A DNA stretch of 64,000 bases from Eledone cirrhosa (Eukaryota). Below the pieces are notes generated by a model that saw nothing but the letters and a program-made list of their open reading frames with translations, did no database searches and was not told the DNA's origin. The DNA lies in the NCBI GenBank assembly GCA_964016885.1, contig OZ024754.1:45880001-45944000 (forward strand), written 5' to 3'. The translations under genes were made by a program, and so were the position numbers. This document shows positions 60,473 through 64,000 of this stretch, piece after piece. Positions within the stretch are counted from its first letter, which is position 1. The number at the start of each line of letters is the position of its first letter.

Positions 60473-60611
60473 GTATGTATATATCTGTGGGAATTGTACG
60501 TCTGGTGGTTACGTGTGTCAAACGTCATGGAGTGAATTCAATGTACTGATGAAAGTGAAGCACTTAGGTTTACAATGTTTTTCAATGACTATTATTGATT
60601 AGAAGTCAAAC

Positions 60612-60646
<35 letters not shown>

Positions 60647-60663
60647 TGAAAGAGAGAGAGAGG

Positions 60664-60719
<56 letters not shown>

Positions 60720-61044
60720 TATGTGTGTTTGTGTGTATATATATATGTATATATAACTTTAGACATACATGCATATATATATATATACACATATATACAC
60801 ATATATATGTGCATTTATATATACATATATATAGATAAATATATATGCCTATAAATATATATAAATATATTCCTATATATATATTATATATATATCAACG
60901 CAAAAAGAAGCACCATTTCTATGAAATATTTTATATTAAATACACAAACTTCAAGGTGAATATGTTTCCAAATTTTTTGTTAAATCCTGATTTTCTCTAA
61001 ATTTATCCGATGGTTGTATAATAGTACATTTCTCTCTCTATATA

Positions 61045-61160
<116 letters not shown>

Positions 61161-61287
61161 GAGAAGAAAGAAGAATACTGCGTGGTTGCACATGGGTTAC
61201 ATATGATAAAATTAGTTCTTCGTCAGTGATTTGCCAACCAACATTGATATTTCATCGCATATATATAAGTGTGAAGAACAATAGATA

Positions 61288-61335
<48 letters not shown>

Positions 61336-61473
61336 TAGTCCAGAATTAGCCGTCGAAACGGCTTGAGCTCTGCCGTCGGGGTCATACTTGTTCCTATTAC
61401 CCACTCTACTACCCTATGTATTGAGTACTCTGGTGCGTTATGGTCCATCTGGTTCCTTACCACATTTCCTTCG

Positions 61474-61474
<1 letters not shown>
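61336..61474 (+). mobile_element. Copy of the 14073 family between (TA)n arrays
   Basis: Near-identical to 14155-14292. Confidence 0.7.
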
Positions 61475-61510
<36 letters not shown>

Positions 61511-61566
61511 TATACATATATAAACATATATATATATATACATATATATACATATATATACATATG

Positions 61567-61682
<116 letters not shown>

Positions 61683-61791
61683 ATATTGTTGTATTGTGAG
61701 AGAGTAGAGGTTTAAAGGGATAAGCGATACATATAGTTAGTACCGTACCGAACACTCTCTAGATTCTGTATGCCCTTGAGAAGCTCTTTTC

Positions 61792-61822
<31 letters not shown>

Positions 61823-62232
61823 CCAGTTCTTTGACGGTTGTATGTGTGTTAATATTGATCTCATGATTATTTGTCAATGAAGGAGATTTTTGTGAAACAA
61901 TACATAAACAAATTCTCTCACTATCTTCTGTGTACCCTGTTTACAAATTTTAATCTGACCTACAGCAACAAACACGGCACTGCTATAATCTAATTTTAAT
62001 GATGACATCGTGAAGCCGTTCTGAGTATACTTGACCAGTACTTCTTCCAATGCTGTTGTTTCAAAATATAAGTACAGTAAATAAGAAACTGTAAAATGTC
62101 ATCTTAATACGGAATATGAAATCTAAAGAAACACACACACGTACATGCATACATACTTACATACATACATATATATATGTGTGTGTGTGTATATATATAT
62201 ATGTATGTATATATATGTATATATATAGATAA

Positions 62233-62304
<72 letters not shown>

Positions 62305-63476
62305 GTTGTCTGTTCCACATAAAGCTTGACCACTTCTTGCAGTTTATGTTTGTTCCTTCCTGGCATGAGGTCTCAAGTGGGTTTTTGAGTCCCGAAATCC
62401 TGTCAAAGACCCGACCACAAATAATACATTGATGTTATATTTTGTTCTTCTTTCTACTTTTGGTTGGCTTACTGCGTATGTTCAGATGTCGCTTCAATCC
62501 ACCGCCTGATTATATGTGTGTGTGTGGGGGGGGGTGCGTGTGCCTCTGTGTGTGTGAGTGTGGGTATATATATATATATTTGGCCCGTATATATATATAT
62601 ATATATGGACCAAATATTTCGCACAGTTCCTTCTACAATTATTCGTTACAAGTTCCTTGTACAATTATTCAATGGATCCTATGTTTAACTCAGTTTAACA
62701 AATGGCTATATAGACAGAAATATAAATGTATACTTATATACTTCAGAATGATTTCATTAGACAAAGAAATTAGCGCGAATACTCAATATGAATAGGAACA
62801 TATAAGGGTTAGTGCTATTGTTTCTCTAACACAGAGGTACCACTACACTAAACACTCGCTACAGTGAGAAAATAGTCTAAAGGCTATATGGTTTTGTATA
62901 TGAAACATCGGCTGGTGATGGATGTTCATTTGTATATAGTGCTAACTTGATTATTTAATGAGAGGTAATTAAAGGTGAATAAATGTCAGTCCCCTTTTGG
63001 CATTCTCACCACTACTGAGGTACCTGTGACATGATCACAGCTGTTTTTAACCAGACTCTCGGATGATTGTTATACAAAAACATATGATGAATCACGCTAT
63101 GTTAGTGCCATTAACATCTACTTCTATATAAATAACATGACTATAGTGTGCACCGAGATTCCATTCAACGTTGTTGTTTTCTCAGTAAATTAAACTATAT
63201 TGAGATATGAGACAATTGTACTCAAAACCATTATGGTAGAATTTCATTACATAATATAATGAATTCTTAAGATAAGATCAACCACAAATTGGTTCTTATA
63301 TTATTTCATAATTACGTTAAACAATCTTCATGTCATCTTGGATTCCTATTAAAGAATCTTCTTCCATTGTCAAAGAAGGTGGATGTTATCAGATCAGGCT
63401 GGTTCATTCTGGGCCGTGTTATTTAAAAGAAGTTTCGTCATAAGTCAGATTTTCATTTAACCATTATGTACCTCAA

Positions 63477-63549
<73 letters not shown>

Positions 63550-63725
63550 GAGAATAGAGAGCCAGATTCTTTTAATGTTACACAATTACATAATACGTGT
63601 TTCATGGCCGGCTTACGTTATCAGACAATAACACAAGACAACAGATGCAATGAACATAGAATACTTAGTTCAGTCATCCCAACTGCATTACAGCATAATA
63701 TATACAAAAAAATTGATACAAAAGC

Positions 63726-63811
<86 letters not shown>

Positions 63812-64000
63812 TATTTTCGTCATATATTATACGATTCAGATGTATATTTACTTCTATATACATGAGTTCTATTTCGTTTTATTTTCGTCTTAATATTAAC
63901 CAACTCAATTCCTCCTTTCCTACTAACCAACACAATTCCTACGCCACACCGCCTTTCTTACTAACCAACATAACACCTATGTCACACCACCACCTTTCTT

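Overview
This is AT-rich, microsatellite-saturated eukaryotic genomic DNA. The SINE families and the dense (TA)n, (CA)n and (ATT)n arrays suggest an octopus, which is an inference. Most ORFs in the supplied track are translated microsatellites. The window holds five internal + strand exons (17604-44630) of an alpha-carbonic anhydrase-related gene (CARP, CA10-like), whose first and last exons were not found. Downstream lies an apparently full-length, young L1/Tx1-type non-LTR retrotransposon (46999-53009) with a CCHC ORF1 and an intact 1139-aa APE-RT ORF2, flanked on both sides by (ATT)n. Other repeats include many tRNA-derived SINE copies (some with 15-18 bp TSDs), RTE, CRE and mariner relics, two MITEs, a hAT-like element, (TA)n-embedded Penelope-like fragments with hammerhead-like motifs, and a 2.1-kb palindrome centred on a (TA)n array. 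The strongest leads are: an (ATT)n-associated Tx1-like LINE whose 3' end resembles the SINE 3' end, a CARP with an unusual K/H/H zinc-ligand set, and hammerhead-bearing foldback elements.
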